Notes: generated by a model not told the origin, from the sequence alone. 54,022 nt of DNA from Patescibacteria group bacterium (GCA_040753135.1 JBFMGR010000004.1:1-54022); one strand, 5' to 3'; shown: positions 1 through 10,403, counted from the first letter of the stretch. Translations and numbers: made by a program.

Positions 1-475
1 TTGCCGGGTTTAACCAATTGGACGCCTCTTTATTACCCTGATGTTCATACTCCTTCAAAAGAAGAATTTGGTCTAATAAATCGGCATCTTTGGCAATCTT
101 TGCTTCTTTAGTTTTTCTCTCTTGATATTCTTGGCTTATTTTTTTTAATTCTTCAGCGCCAATTAAGCCATTCAGCTGTTCTTCACGAATCTCTTCTTCA
201 TAAACTTTAACGTATTTTTTATTCACCCAGTTCTGATCTCCTGACCGAGCCTCTTCTAAATCATGAATCAAACACATTTTTATCACCTTATCTGCATCTG
301 CTTTTAAAGCTTTGGCTAAAAAATAGCCAATCACTGCCACCCGAAAAGAATGAGCGGCAATATTGTCAGACGGGTCATTAACCAGCAAAGTCTGCTGATG
401 AGCTCGGAGAGTTTTTCTTAAAGCCCCGATTTCATAAAAAAATTGAGTCAGCTTTTGGATCTGGGTTGAGTTCAT
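1..475 (-). CDS. HD-domain metal-dependent phosphohydrolase (YfbR-like), 3' end outside window
   Basis: Not in the ORF track because it runs off the window. Minus-strand translation from ATG 475..473 stays open to position 1: [53 protein letters not shown] (H..HD..D signature). Its ATG overlaps the ftsH stop (ATGA). Confidence 0.7.
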   Translation of the reverse strand, partial: MNSTQIQKLTQFFYEIGALRKTLRAHQQTLLVNDPSDNIAAHSFRVAVIGYFLAKALKADADKVIKMCLIHDLEEARSGDQNWVNKKYVKVYEEEIREEQLNGLIGAEELKKISQEYQERKTKEAKIAKDADLLDQILLLKEYEHQGNKEASNWLNPA

Positions 476-2337
476 TTTTTACCTTCTTTTGAAGTTTTTT
501 TAGGCGAGCTTTCCAATTTTAACATCTGCTCAAACTCTTCTTTTTCAATTGTTTCTGCTTCGATTAGCCTTCTGGCAATTTTATCCAAGAACTTTCTTTT
601 CTGATTAATAATTTTTTTGGCTTTGTCAAACGCCTCATCAATCAACCTTTTAATCTCTTTATCTATCTCTTCGGCAACTTTCTCAGAATAATTTTTTTCC
701 ATTACCAAATCCCGACCTAAAAACACCAGCTCCTCTGAATGACCATAAGACAAGGGACCGATTTTTTCCGACATCCCGTATTGAGTAACCAATTTTCTTG
801 CTTGCTCTGAAACTTGCTTCAAATCATTACTGGCGCCGGTGGTTAATTCGCCAAAAACAATCTTCTCTGCGGCATAACCGCCCAACATCACTGCCAGTTC
901 ATCCAAAAGCTGGGTTTGGGAATAAAGATGCCTGTCTTCAACCGGCAACTTTAAAGTATAGCCAGCCGCCCGGCCCCGGGAGATAATAGAGATTTTATGA
1001 ACCGGATCAGTGTGGGGCAAAAATCCGGCCACCAGAGCGTGGCCAGCTTCATGATAAGCAGTAATCTCTCTTTCTTTTTGAGTCAAAATATGGCTTTTTC
1101 TTTCCGGCCCCAAAATCACTTTTTCCATTGCTTCAAACAAATCTTCCTGCTCAATCTGCTTTCTGTTTTTTCTTGCCGCTAAGATTGCCGCTTCGTTAAT
1201 TAAGTTGGCCAGATCAGCGCCGGAAAATCCCGGGGTTCTTTGGGCAACTTTGTTCAAGTTAATCGCAGCTGAAGATTTTTTATCCTTAATATGAATTTTC
1301 AGAATCTCTTCCCTTTCCTTTATATCAGGCGAATCCAAAATCACCCGGCGGTCAAATCTGCCCGGCCGAAGCAAAGCTGGATCCAGAACATCAGGCCGAT
1401 TAGTTGCAGCAACAACAATCACATTGGTATCCCGGTCAAACCCGTCCATCTCCACCAAAATCTGGTTTAGGGTCTGTTCCCGTTCATCATGGCCGCCGCC
1501 CAAACCAGAACCTCGCTGCCGGCCAACCGCATCAATTTCATCAATAAAAATAATTGACGGCGCCGCTTTTTTCGCAGTAACAAACAAATCTCTGACCCGG
1601 GAAGCGCCAACACCAACAAAAAGCTCAACAAATTCAGAGCCAGAGATGTGGAAAAACGGCACTCCGGCCTCACCTGCGACTGCTCTGGCCAGTAAGGTTT
1701 TCCCCGTGCCGGGCGCGCCCATTAAAAGCACACCCCGGGGAATTCTGGCGCCGATATTTAAAAACTTCTTTGGATTTTTTAAAAAATCAACTACTTCTTT
1801 CAGCTCTTCTTTTGCCTCATCTAAACCAGCAACATCTTTAAAGCTGACTTTCTCTTTTGGGTTAACAAATAAACGGATATTAGCTCGGCCAAAATTAAAG
1901 CTCTGCATCATGCCTTTTTGCGCTTGCCGAGACAAGAAAAAGAAAATTCCTAAAATCAGCAAAAACGGCAAAATCACCTGAATCAATATTGAGAGCCAAA
2001 AAACTCCGCCAAACAAATTCGAGCTGACTTTTATTTCCACCCAATTTAAAGCTTCTTGGCTAACGCCATAATTAACCAATGTTTCGGTCAAAGACGCTTC
2101 TTTTTCCTTTTCTGAAACAAACTCTTTCTCCTGATAATCGATAATTTTTAACTGATCTTCAGAGATCTCGATTTTCTTAATTTCCTGGTTTTCAACTTTT
2201 CTGGCTAATTCTGATAAAGAAATCTCTTCGGGTTTTTTCGCTTCCGAACCGGTAAAAAAAGAAAAAAGCACTGATAATCCAATCAGGACAAACAAAGCAA
2301 TAATAAAACTCCGAAAAAAACGGTTCAAAACCTTCAT
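472..2337 (-). CDS. ftsH: ATP-dependent zinc metalloprotease FtsH
   Basis: 621-aa ORF with N-terminal TM helices, Walker A GAPGTGKT, Walker B IIFIDEID and zinc motif HEAGH. Confidence 0.95.
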   Translation of the reverse strand: MKVLNRFFRSFIIALFVLIGLSVLFSFFTGSEAKKPEEISLSELARKVENQEIKKIEISEDQLKIIDYQEKEFVSEKEKEASLTETLVNYGVSQEALNWVEIKVSSNLFGGVFWLSILIQVILPFLLILGIFFFLSRQAQKGMMQSFNFGRANIRLFVNPKEKVSFKDVAGLDEAKEELKEVVDFLKNPKKFLNIGARIPRGVLLMGAPGTGKTLLARAVAGEAGVPFFHISGSEFVELFVGVGASRVRDLFVTAKKAAPSIIFIDEIDAVGRQRGSGLGGGHDEREQTLNQILVEMDGFDRDTNVIVVAATNRPDVLDPALLRPGRFDRRVILDSPDIKEREEILKIHIKDKKSSAAINLNKVAQRTPGFSGADLANLINEAAILAARKNRKQIEQEDLFEAMEKVILGPERKSHILTQKEREITAYHEAGHALVAGFLPHTDPVHKISIISRGRAAGYTLKLPVEDRHLYSQTQLLDELAVMLGGYAAEKIVFGELTTGASNDLKQVSEQARKLVTQYGMSEKIGPLSYGHSEELVFLGRDLVMEKNYSEKVAEEIDKEIKRLIDEAFDKAKKIINQKRKFLDKIARRLIEAETIEKEEFEQMLKLESSPKKTSKEGKK

Positions 2338-2378
2338 AGCATAAACATTGTACAGGAACCGGAAATGAAAAGCAATAA

Positions 2379-5300
2379 TCAGATATTCTCAACCAACTCG
2401 GCTCTTTCGCAAACAACCTTTAAATCACCATTTGAGTTATTCAGTTTGCCCTCAATCAAAACAACATTATCTTCTTGCCAAAGAACCGGATTTTTTTCCA
2501 AGGTGCTGGGAAAAACCACCACCTCTATTCTGGTGTTTGAATAATCTTCCAGCTTGGAAAAAAGCATTGGCTTGCCGGTTTTAGTAATAATCCTCTGGCA
2601 GTTAGCAATCACCCCGCCAATCTTAATCCTTCTGCCATTAACGTATTTGCTGCTGGCAAGTTCTGCCAAGGGCGTAGTTAGCTTAGCCAACAGGTTTTTA
2701 TACCCGGATAAAGGGTGTTCTGACAAATACAAACCCAAATATTCTTTTTCCCAGGTTAATTTTTCTTTTTTGGATGCTGGCGGCACCCGGGGCAGTTTAA
2801 TCACCGATTTAGACATACCCGCGCCAAACAAACCAATCTGGTTGTGGTTGTTGTTTCGGCTCAAAGCAGTAGCAAACCTCAAAGTCTCTTCCAGGCCGGC
2901 TAAAAGCTGGGCCCGGTCAGCAAACTCATCCAAAGCGCCGGCTTTTATCAAGCTCTCCATAGTTTTCTTATTAATTATGTTCTTCGGCATCCGCTCAACA
3001 AAGTTCGTCAAAGATAAATATGGCCCGTTCTGCTTTCGATCTTCCTGAATAATTTCAGTCACGCCCACACCAACGCCTTTGATTGCCGCTAAGCTGAAAA
3101 TAATATCTCCGGTTTCCGGCACAACGCCAAACTCAACAAACGATTCGTTAATGCTCGGCGGGGTCACTTTAATGCCCAAGCGATAACACTCGTTAATTTC
3201 ATTGGCAACCCGATCCAGATTGCCAAAATCAGAGGTCAAAAGCGCGGCCATAAAAGCGCTCGGATAATGGGCTTTTAAATAAGCGGTTTTATAAACAATC
3301 CTGGCATAACAAGCCGAATGAGCCCGATTAAAGCCATAACGGGCAAACGGCTCAATAAAATCCCAAACTCTTTGGGCTAAGTCTTTGGAAACCTTTGAAG
3401 TTTTAACCGCGCCGCTAATAAATTTGTCCTTTTGCTCATTAAGCAGACTCTTAATCTTCTTGCCCACCGCTTTTCTCAAGTAATCCGCTTCAGCATAACT
3501 AAAACCGGCAAAAGATCGGGCAATCTCCAACACCTGATCTTGAGTAACAATCACTCCATAGGTTCGTTCAAGAATCGGTTTTAAGCCCGGATGAAGATAC
3601 TTAACTTGTTTTTTCCCGTGCTTAGCGGCAATAAAATCAGGAATTGAATCCATTGGCCCGGGACGATACAAAGCAATCATAGACAAAATATCCTCAAACA
3701 CTGTTGGCTTAAGCTCGCGCAGATAGCGCTGCATTCCCGAAGACTCTACTTGAAAGACGCCAATGGTTTCGCCCCGGGAAAGCAACTCATAAGCTTTTTT
3801 GTCGCCCTCGGGAATTTTGTCCGGATCAAAATCAGGATTGTAAATTTTCTTAACGATTCTTGAAGCGTTTTTAATTGTGGTCAGGTTTGCCAAACCCAAA
3901 ATATCTATCTTAACCAAGCCAACATCCTCAATCGCATACATATCATACTGGGTACAGATATTGCTGTCTCCACGGGCGGCATTTTGAAGCGGACAGTAAT
4001 CAGTAATCTCTCCCGGAGCGATGACAATTCCTGCCGCATGAGTTGAGGCGTGACGAACCACGCCTTCAAAACGTTTGGCCAAATCCATTACCTGGCGGGC
4101 ATCGGGATTAGTCTCGTAAAGATCTTTCAACTCCCGGGACGAAGCTAAAGCTTCTTCAATTTTAGAATCAAACGGAATCAACTTGGAGATCTGGTCGCCT
4201 AAACTATAAGGATGGCCCAAAGCCCGGGCGACATCGCGAACTGCCAACCTGGCTTTCATTACCCCAAAAGTCAGGATCTGGGCGACCTGATTCTTGCCGT
4301 ATTTTTCCTCAATATAATGAATTACTTCTTGGCGCCGGTTGTCCTGAAAATCCAGATCAATATCCGGGAACATCTTTCTTTCCGGGTTTAAAAATCGTTC
4401 AAAAATTATTTTATGCTCAATCGGATCAACATCAGTAATCTTTAGCGCATAAGCAACGATTGAACCGGCCACCGAGCCTCGGCCCGGACCAACAAAGATG
4501 CTGTTATCTTTTGCCCAGTTAACAAAGTCCTGAACAATCAGAAAATAATCAGCAAAGCCCTTGTCTATAATAATGCCCAGTTCATACTCTGCTCTTTGCT
4601 TTATCTCCTTGGTTATTTCCGGATAGCGGTCTTTTAACCCCTGATTAACTAAAGCCCTTAAATAAGATTTAGGATCTTCGCCTTGAGGTACAGGAAAAAC
4701 CGGCATAACCGGTTCTCCTAAATTAATTTCTAAATTGCATTTTTCTGCCAACTCAACCGTGTTCTCAAAAGCGGAAATCATTTCCGGATCATCTTTAATA
4801 TCCTGCCAAATTACTTCTGGGTCTTTAATCGAAAAATCTGCCTCTTTCATTGACATCCTTTCTTCATCATCTATCTTTGAGCCGGTCTGGATTGACAAAA
4901 ATACATCATGGGCATCGCGGTCCTCCGGACGGGGATAGTGCGAATCGCAGGTCAAAATCATTTTCAAGCCAAATTCTTTGGCAATCTTTTTCACCTCTTC
5001 GTTAACAATCTGCTGTTCCTTTATCTCCGGATGGTGCTGGACCTCTAAATAAAAATTCTCTTGGCCAAAAATATCTAAATATTCTTGAACCAATTTTCTT
5101 GCTTTTTCTTTTTTGTTATTCAAAATTGCTCGGGAAATTTCTCCGGTCAAACAGCCAGAAGTGCCGATCAACCCTTCATGATACTGGCGCAAGACATTTT
5201 TATCAATTCTCGGTTTATAATAAAAACCCTCCAGGTGGCCGATTGAAACCAGCTTCATTAAATTCTTATACCCGATTTGATTTTTAGCAAAAGCAAGCAA

Positions 5301-5561
5301 ATGAAAATAACCGCTATCAAGCTGCGGCTCTTTGTCATGCAGAGTTCTTTTAGCTAAATAAAGTTCGCAACCAACAATCGGCTTGATTCCGGCTGCAGTT
5401 GCTTTTTTATAGAATTCAACCACGCCATACATCACGCCATGGTCAGTCAAGCCAATCGCGTCCATCTTCAATTCTTTTGCCCGGTTAACAATCTCATTGA
5501 TTTTTGACAAACCATCAAGCAACGAGTAGTGTGAATGAAGATGAAGATGGACAAATTTCAT
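2379..5561 (-). CDS. dnaE: DNA polymerase III alpha subunit
   Basis: N-terminal PHP motif [13 protein letters not shown] and full-length Pol III alpha architecture. ATG at 5561 preferred over the upstream TTG at 5567 used by the ORF track. Confidence 0.92.
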   Translation of the reverse strand: MKFVHLHLHSHYSLLDGLSKINEIVNRAKELKMDAIGLTDHGVMYGVVEFYKKATAAGIKPIVGCELYLAKRTLHDKEPQLDSGYFHLLAFAKNQIGYKNLMKLVSIGHLEGFYYKPRIDKNVLRQYHEGLIGTSGCLTGEISRAILNNKKEKARKLVQEYLDIFGQENFYLEVQHHPEIKEQQIVNEEVKKIAKEFGLKMILTCDSHYPRPEDRDAHDVFLSIQTGSKIDDEERMSMKEADFSIKDPEVIWQDIKDDPEMISAFENTVELAEKCNLEINLGEPVMPVFPVPQGEDPKSYLRALVNQGLKDRYPEITKEIKQRAEYELGIIIDKGFADYFLIVQDFVNWAKDNSIFVGPGRGSVAGSIVAYALKITDVDPIEHKIIFERFLNPERKMFPDIDLDFQDNRRQEVIHYIEEKYGKNQVAQILTFGVMKARLAVRDVARALGHPYSLGDQISKLIPFDSKIEEALASSRELKDLYETNPDARQVMDLAKRFEGVVRHASTHAAGIVIAPGEITDYCPLQNAARGDSNICTQYDMYAIEDVGLVKIDILGLANLTTIKNASRIVKKIYNPDFDPDKIPEGDKKAYELLSRGETIGVFQVESSGMQRYLRELKPTVFEDILSMIALYRPGPMDSIPDFIAAKHGKKQVKYLHPGLKPILERTYGVIVTQDQVLEIARSFAGFSYAEADYLRKAVGKKIKSLLNEQKDKFISGAVKTSKVSKDLAQRVWDFIEPFARYGFNRAHSACYARIVYKTAYLKAHYPSAFMAALLTSDFGNLDRVANEINECYRLGIKVTPPSINESFVEFGVVPETGDIIFSLAAIKGVGVGVTEIIQEDRKQNGPYLSLTNFVERMPKNIINKKTMESLIKAGALDEFADRAQLLAGLEETLRFATALSRNNNHNQIGLFGAGMSKSVIKLPRVPPASKKEKLTWEKEYLGLYLSEHPLSGYKNLLAKLTTPLAELASSKYVNGRRIKIGGVIANCQRIITKTGKPMLFSKLEDYSNTRIEVVVFPSTLEKNPVLWQEDNVVLIEGKLNNSNGDLKVVCERAELVENI

Positions 5562-5632
5562 AGCCAATTAAAAAATTAATCGCAGTTAAAGAATTGAGGC
5601 AAGCCTCTGGGGTCTTAACTGCTATTGCTTTT

Positions 5633-6262
5633 ATGACCTATCCAAATTTTAAACAGGAAAGCAAGTTTTTTCAACTGGATAAAAAACCCATTATTGCTCT
5701 GGATGAAGCCGGCCGAGGCGCTTTGGCCGGTCCGGTGGTAGTTGCCGGTGTCTATTTTAAAAAAACCGCCAAAAAACCGCTTCAACCGCCGATCAAAATC
5801 AAAGACTCTAAACAGCTAACTCCAAATCAAAGAAAAATTTTATCTTCATGGTTAAAAAAACAAAAAAATCTTGAATTCCGAGTCTCGCTTTGCCAAGCAA
5901 AGACGGTTGACAAGCTTAATATCCGCCGAGCAACTTTATTGGCAATGAAACAAACAATAAAAAAGTTTAGGAAAAAGAAATTTATTGTTTTTGTTGACGG
6001 CAAAGATAAAGTTCCCGGAATTAAACAAAATCAATATGCTTTTGTCAAAGGCGATGAAAAGATTTTTTCTTTAGCCTGCGCTTCAATTATTGCTAAAGTT
6101 TATCGGGATAAACTAATGACAAGATTGGCAAAAAAATATCCCCAATATAATTTTGAGGTTCATAAGGGCTATGGCACCAAAAAACATTTTCAAAAAATAA
6201 AAAAACACGGCCCATCACCGATTCACCGAAAAAGTTTTTTGCGAAAAAATCTAAAATTTTAA
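5633..6262 (+). CDS. rnhB: Ribonuclease HII
   Basis: DEAGRGALAGPVV active-site motif, about 210 aa. ATG 5633 preferred over TTG 5594. Confidence 0.85.
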   Translation: MTYPNFKQESKFFQLDKKPIIALDEAGRGALAGPVVVAGVYFKKTAKKPLQPPIKIKDSKQLTPNQRKILSSWLKKQKNLEFRVSLCQAKTVDKLNIRRATLLAMKQTIKKFRKKKFIVFVDGKDKVPGIKQNQYAFVKGDEKIFSLACASIIAKVYRDKLMTRLAKKYPQYNFEVHKGYGTKKHFQKIKKHGPSPIHRKSFLRKNLKF

Positions 6263-6280
6263 CTCGCTTTGGAATTACTT

Positions 6281-6587
6281 TGGTGCCGCAGGAGGGAATC
6301 GAACCCCCTACACGATGCTCTTCCTAGCCTTTGTTTTTATATAAAAACCAAAGAAAGGGACTATCTCATCACCCCGATAAGGGGTGCCAGGTCCTAAATG
6401 CAGAATTATTGTTGGAACTCATCTGCTAGTCTCTACACCTTCCTCGCTACCAATGTCCTGCGAGGCTTGGCTCGGGATTATTCTATTAACCAGAACTTCC
6501 CCCGAATTCACCCGGTTTTCATTTCCGCATTACTGCGAAACGGCCCGAAGAGATTAGGCATCTGCTCTACCAATGAGCTACTGCGGC
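6281..6587 (-). tRNA. tRNA-Phe(GAA), intron-containing; exons 6587..6556 and 6323..6281; CCA encoded
   Basis: Hand-folded. 5' exon GCCGCAGTAGCTCATTGGTAGAGCAGATGCCT, 3' exon GAAGAGCATCGTGTAGGGGGTTCGATTCCCTCCTGCGGCACCA. Joined, they give a cloverleaf with anticodon loop CUGAAGA, A73 and a GTGTx variable loop like E. coli tRNA-Phe. Confidence 0.8.
6324..6555 (-). ncRNA. Group I (IC3-like) self-splicing intron in the tRNA-Phe anticodon loop
   Basis: The intron starts AAUCUCUUCGGGC. CUCUUC pairs with 3'-exon GAAGAG (P10), and GGGC pairs with 5'-exon GCCU with a U.G at the splice site (P1). The intron ends in G. The internal strings CCGAGCCAAGC and GAAGGTGTAGAGACTAG match, as I remember them, the Azoarcus / cyanobacterial tRNA intron core. 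There is also a GNRA hairpin GCA-GUAA-UGC. Confidence 0.75.
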
Positions 6588-6596
6588 TTAAAATTT

Positions 6597-6624
6597 ATTT
6601 TAAAGATTTTCCCAAATAAATCAA
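6597..6624 (-). promoter_or_regulatory. Putative sigma70-type promoter of tRNA-Phe (TTGATT-16-TAAAAT)
   Basis: The -10 ends 9 nt before tRNA nucleotide +1, implying a leader of only about 3 nt. Confidence 0.5.
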
Positions 6625-6635
6625 GTTAAAAAGTC

Positions 6636-6664
6636 TTGTCCATATTTAACAAATTTTATATAAT
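6636..6664 (+). promoter_or_regulatory. Putative promoter TTGTCC-17-TATAAT upstream of the HTH-LAGLIDADG-like gene
   Basis: Hexamers and spacing read directly. A second TATAAT lies about 25 bp downstream. Confidence 0.4.
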
Positions 6665-6707
6665 TGAACTAAAGGTAGTAGGTAGTATAATTTAAATTAT
6701 AAATACT

Positions 6708-7414
6708 ATGAGAAAAGACAAAAGTAAAGCATTACAATTAAGAAAAATGGGGAGAAGTTATAATGAGATACATAAACTTCTGAAAATTCCTAAAAGCACT
6801 CTTTCTGGCTGGTTTCATAATTTAAATCTTCCGCTAAGAGCAAAGTCGCGATTGGGAAAACGGATAAAAGAAAAATCGTTAAAGGGGCTGCTTAAAAAAA
6901 GCAAAGAACAGACGAAAAAGGCTCAAGAAAGAATGAAACAAACAAGAAAATTAGCTAAGAGCAGCATTTCAAAATTGAGCCAAAAAGATCTCAAATTGAT
7001 TGGGGCTTCCCTTTATTGGGCAGAAGGATATAAACGCCCGATTATCCGCAACAATAAAGAAATTACCTCTCATCCTGTTGCTTTAACAAACCTTTAACAA
7101 ACAGCGACCCAAAACTTATTAAAATATTCCTCCGTTTTTTAATTGAGATCTGTCAAGTACAAGAAAAAAATATCAAAATAGATATAAGAATGTATAAACA
7201 TATGAGGAGAGAAAAAACTATTTCTTTTTGGCAAGAAATTACTGGTCTCCCCAAAAATCGTTTCGGAAAAATTTATTTAGGTATCAGCAAATCTAGCTCT
7301 AATAAACGACCATTTAATCGACTCCCTTATGGAACAGTCATGATAAGAGTTAACAATACAAACTTATTCCACAACATAATGGGGTGGGTTGAAGGCATAA
7401 AAGAAAAAACTTAA
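6708..7414 (+). pseudogene. HTH + LAGLIDADG-like homing endonuclease, frameshifted
   Basis: ORFs 6708..7097 and 7190..7414 belong to one gene. It has an N-terminal resolvase-type HTH (GRSYNEIHKLLKIPKSTLSGWF) and a LAGLIDADG-like motif IGASLYWAEG. Deleting one copy of the 11-bp duplication at 7081..7102 gives the continuous reading ..PVALTNSDPKLIKIFLRFLIEICQVQEKNIKIDIRMYKHMRREKTISFWQEITG.. Confidence 0.7.
7081..7102 (+). repeat. Perfect 11-bp tandem duplication CTTTAACAAAC x2 that causes the frameshift
   Basis: Read directly: gttg ctttaacaaac ctttaacaaac agcgac. Confidence 0.9.
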
Positions 7415-7416
7415 TC

Positions 7417-9618
7417 TTACTCCAAATGCACTCGTTGCCTGAAATTTTCCAATTCTTGTTTTAACCGAGGGTATTTTTCTAATCTAGGTGAACCCTGCAA
7501 AACTGCTTCGGCTTGTTCCCGGGCTAAAAGCACTAAAGAAAAATCCTTCAGCGCCTTGGTGGCTAAATCTGGAATGCCTGATTGCCGAACGCCAAAAAAC
7601 TGGCCCGGACCGCGGAGCTTTAAATCCTGTTCTGCTAATTTAAAGCCGTCAAAAATCTTTGAAAAAGCCGATAACCGTTGGCGAGCAGCTTTAGATTCTG
7701 ATTCAGTCAAAAGAAAACAATATGATTGCTTTTCCCCCCGGCCAACCCGGCCCCGAAACTGATGGAGTTGAGCCAAACCAAAATAATCCGCGCCCTCAAT
7801 CACCATTATCGTCGCATTCGGAACATCAATCCCAACCTCAATTACTGAAGTGGAAACTAAAATATCAACCTCCTTGCCGCTGAATTTTTTCATTACCAGC
7901 TCTTTTTCTCGAGACTTAAGCTTGCCATGCAAAATATCCAGCTTCAAATCAGGGAATATCTCCTTTGAAAGCTTTTCATATTCCTCTTTAACTGCTTTAG
8001 TATCTAACCTTAAATATTTTTCATAGCTAAATTCCTGATCTTCGGGTTTTTCAATCCTGGGACAGATAATAAAAACTTGTTCGCCGGCCTTAACCTTTTC
8101 TCTGATAAATTGATACATCTGCTCCCTCTGTTTCTGGGAAATAATTTTAGTGATAATTTTTTTCCTGCCCTTGGGCAGTTCAGCAATAAAACTGACATCT
8201 AAATCACCCCAGAGTCCCAAAGCTAAGGTCCGAGGGATCGGCGTTGCGGTCATCGTCAATAAATGAGGAATTAGGAATGGCGAATTATGAATTATGCTTT
8301 TATTGTGTTCATTATTCTTAATTCTTGATTCATTATTCACTAAAAGCTGCTGCCTTTGCCTAACGCCGAACCGATGCTGTTCATCAACCACCACTAAACC
8401 TAGATTGACAAAATCAACATCTTTCTGAATCAAAGCTTGAGTGCCAATCACTAACACCGGCTTAGCTTCTTGAATTATTTTTTTTAAAGCTGATTTTTTC
8501 AGTTCGCCTTCTAATTCTCCGGAAACAATCCTCGCTTCTTTAGAAATCAAAAGACAGATGTCAATTCCAAAATCTTTTAACAGTTTGCCGGCAGTTTGAA
8601 AATGCTGATAAGACAAAATCTCGGTCGGCACCATAAACACGCCTTGAAATCCAGCTTTAACCGCGCAAGCCAAGCTGATTAAAGCAACAATGGTTTTGCC
8701 TGAACCAACATCTCCGTTCAAAAGCCGATTCATTGGATATTTCCTTGCCAGATCTCGGATTATTCGCCACAAGGCTTTTTTCTGCGATTCGGTTAACTCA
8801 AAACTTAAGGTTTTTAAAATCTGCTTAACAAAATCTATGTCAATCGGAATTTGCGGCGCTTTTAATAAAGCGTTTTTCTGCCTTAACTCTAAAAGCAATA
8901 GCTGGGTCAAAAAGATCTCCTCAAAAACAAAACGTTTTTTTGCTTGTTCGGCCAATTCTAAAGAATCTGGGAAATGAGCCTGTTTAATCGCCTTTTTATA
9001 ATCCATCAGCCCGGCATTTTTCAGAACCGGTTCGGGCAAAAATTCAGGCAGTTTTTTTGCTTTTTCCATCAACGGCTTAATCAAAAACCTGATTCCCCGC
9101 GAAGTCAGACCTCTTGTTTCCGGATAAACCGGGATCAACCCGGCGGTATGTTTTAGTTGAGAAAAATCTATCTCTTCTTCTGAAACCGAAGCCGGCGCTG
9201 ACCGGTAAATCACTTCATAAACCGGATTATTAAAAAATAATTTATTATCTTTTTTCTGAACCTTGCCTGACACAATCACAATCGCGCCTTCAGGAATCGT
9301 TCTTTTCAAATACGGCTGGCCAAACCAAACAATATCAATTGTGCCGGTTTTATCATATAAAACCGCTTCAGTAATAAACAATCTTTTCCGAAACGCTTTC
9401 CGGGTGCTGATTTTTTCTATCTTGCCCAAAGCCGAACAAATGCCTTCGGTTTTTATCTCGCTGATTTTTTTCAAATCCGAATAGTCTTCATACCGAACCG
9501 GAAAATGCCAAAGCAAGTCTCGGATTGTTTTTATCCCTAACTTGGTTAAACGCTTAAGATAATAAGGCCCAATGCCTTTTAACTCTTCAACCGAAATAGT
9601 AAAAAAATCTGAGTCCAT
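7417..9618 (-). CDS. recG: ATP-dependent DNA helicase RecG
   Basis: Wedge domain plus SF2 motifs GDVGSGKT, DEQHRFG, TATPIPRTLA and QLHQFRGRVGRG. Confidence 0.9.
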   Translation of the reverse strand: MDSDFFTISVEELKGIGPYYLKRLTKLGIKTIRDLLWHFPVRYEDYSDLKKISEIKTEGICSALGKIEKISTRKAFRKRLFITEAVLYDKTGTIDIVWFGQPYLKRTIPEGAIVIVSGKVQKKDNKLFFNNPVYEVIYRSAPASVSEEEIDFSQLKHTAGLIPVYPETRGLTSRGIRFLIKPLMEKAKKLPEFLPEPVLKNAGLMDYKKAIKQAHFPDSLELAEQAKKRFVFEEIFLTQLLLLELRQKNALLKAPQIPIDIDFVKQILKTLSFELTESQKKALWRIIRDLARKYPMNRLLNGDVGSGKTIVALISLACAVKAGFQGVFMVPTEILSYQHFQTAGKLLKDFGIDICLLISKEARIVSGELEGELKKSALKKIIQEAKPVLVIGTQALIQKDVDFVNLGLVVVDEQHRFGVRQRQQLLVNNESRIKNNEHNKSIIHNSPFLIPHLLTMTATPIPRTLALGLWGDLDVSFIAELPKGRKKIITKIISQKQREQMYQFIREKVKAGEQVFIICPRIEKPEDQEFSYEKYLRLDTKAVKEEYEKLSKEIFPDLKLDILHGKLKSREKELVMKKFSGKEVDILVSTSVIEVGIDVPNATIMVIEGADYFGLAQLHQFRGRVGRGEKQSYCFLLTESESKAARQRLSAFSKIFDGFKLAEQDLKLRGPGQFFGVRQSGIPDLATKALKDFSLVLLAREQAEAVLQGSPRLEKYPRLKQELENFRQRVHLE

Positions 9619-9669
9619 CAGTTTTTATCATAACAGGTTTTGGAAGAATTTGATTGGCAGGACAAAAAT

Positions 9670-10143
9670 TTAAGCTATGGTTTCAATCTTAAACTTTTTA
9701 TTATTTGGTAAAATTACCCCTTCGCCAATTCTTTTGCCTAACAGCATTTTGCCCAATTCAGACTCAACAGAGACAGTATAAATTTCCTGTTTGTATAATC
9801 CCATTTTAATCCCGCCGCTGTTTTCTGGGACTAAGAAAAAATACTTTTTCTCGCTGTTGTTGACTAAACCAACAAGCGAACCGATCTGAACAATCTCGTT
9901 TAAATTACTCTCAAACTTTTCAAAAAAACTGATTGCCTTGCCAAGATTGGCTAACTCTGTCCGAATTTGATTGCCCATTAAATTAAACTCCACCCGAGAA
10001 GAATCAGACCAAGATTCCATGCTTTTTGGCGCTTCTTTAGCAGATTGAGAAAGCCCTTCAGCAACTTTAATCAGCTCAAGCTTTCTTTTCTTAAGCTCTT
10101 CCAAAACCAAAGCAATGATTTTTTGTTTGTCAAAATCTGCCAT
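9670..10143 (-). CDS. GreA/GreB-family transcription elongation factor-like protein
   Basis: 158 aa with a coiled-coil N-terminal half and a GreA-type C-terminal domain-like tail (IGSLVGL..YTVSVESELGKMLLGKRIGEGV). Start trimmed to ATG 10143 because the longer track ORF runs through tRNA-Ser. Confidence 0.55.
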   Translation of the reverse strand: MADFDKQKIIALVLEELKKRKLELIKVAEGLSQSAKEAPKSMESWSDSSRVEFNLMGNQIRTELANLGKAISFFEKFESNLNEIVQIGSLVGLVNNSEKKYFFLVPENSGGIKMGLYKQEIYTVSVESELGKMLLGKRIGEGVILPNNKKFKIETIA

Positions 10144-10200
10144 CGTATTGTAATGAAATAGGTGTAAATAACAGGCAAGCCAAACCTTTCTTTTCCCAAC

Positions 10201-10290
10201 TGGCGGTGGGGGTGGGATTCGAACCCACGGTGCCATTTCTGACACAGCAGTTTTCAAGACTGCCCGATTAAACCGCTCTCGCACCCCACC
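10201..10290 (-). tRNA. tRNA-Ser(UGA), type II, CCA encoded
   Basis: Hand-folded: GGTGGGG acceptor, anticodon loop CUUGAAA, long variable arm, T-loop TTCGAAT. Confidence 0.9.
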
Positions 10291-10315
10291 TAAATTTTAA
10301 TTTTTCTAGCTTAAA

Positions 10316-10324
10316 ATTATACCA
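10316..10324 (-). promoter_or_regulatory. Extended -10 element TGGTATAAT upstream of tRNA-Ser(UGA)
   Basis: The minus strand reads cttggtataatttt about 25 nt upstream of the tRNA 5' end. Confidence 0.4.
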
Positions 10325-10331
10325 AGTTTAG

Positions 10332-10403
10332 TGCCCCCAGGAAGAATCGAACTTCCATCGCAAGATCCGCAATCTTGTATTCTATCCATTAAACTATGGG
10401 GGC
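10332..10403 (-). tRNA. tRNA-Arg(GCG), no encoded CCA
   Basis: Hand-folded: GCCCCCA acceptor, anticodon stem CAAGA/TCTTG, loop UUGCGGA, T arm GGAAG-TTCGATT-CTTCC. Confidence 0.85.

Noticed and set aside
798-5287. Track ORFs antisense to or out of frame within ftsH and dnaE (798..986, 997..1182, 1424..1981, 1467..1673, 2192..2416, 2554..3048, 4735..4938, 5099..5287).
   Set aside because: They lie entirely inside strongly supported genes, are low-complexity, have no start context and show no motifs. The same reasoning applies to the similar shadow ORFs inside recG, infB, murA, secA, murB, ftsK, rpoB, the Clp-like gene, ssb, LOG, Nudix and both pilin genes.
6398-6619. 73-aa + strand ORF overlapping the tRNA-Phe intron, considered as an intron-encoded homing endonuclease.
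   Set aside because: It is on the strand opposite the intron/tRNA, has no LAGLIDADG/GIY-YIG/HNH/His-Cys motif, and runs across the exon boundary.
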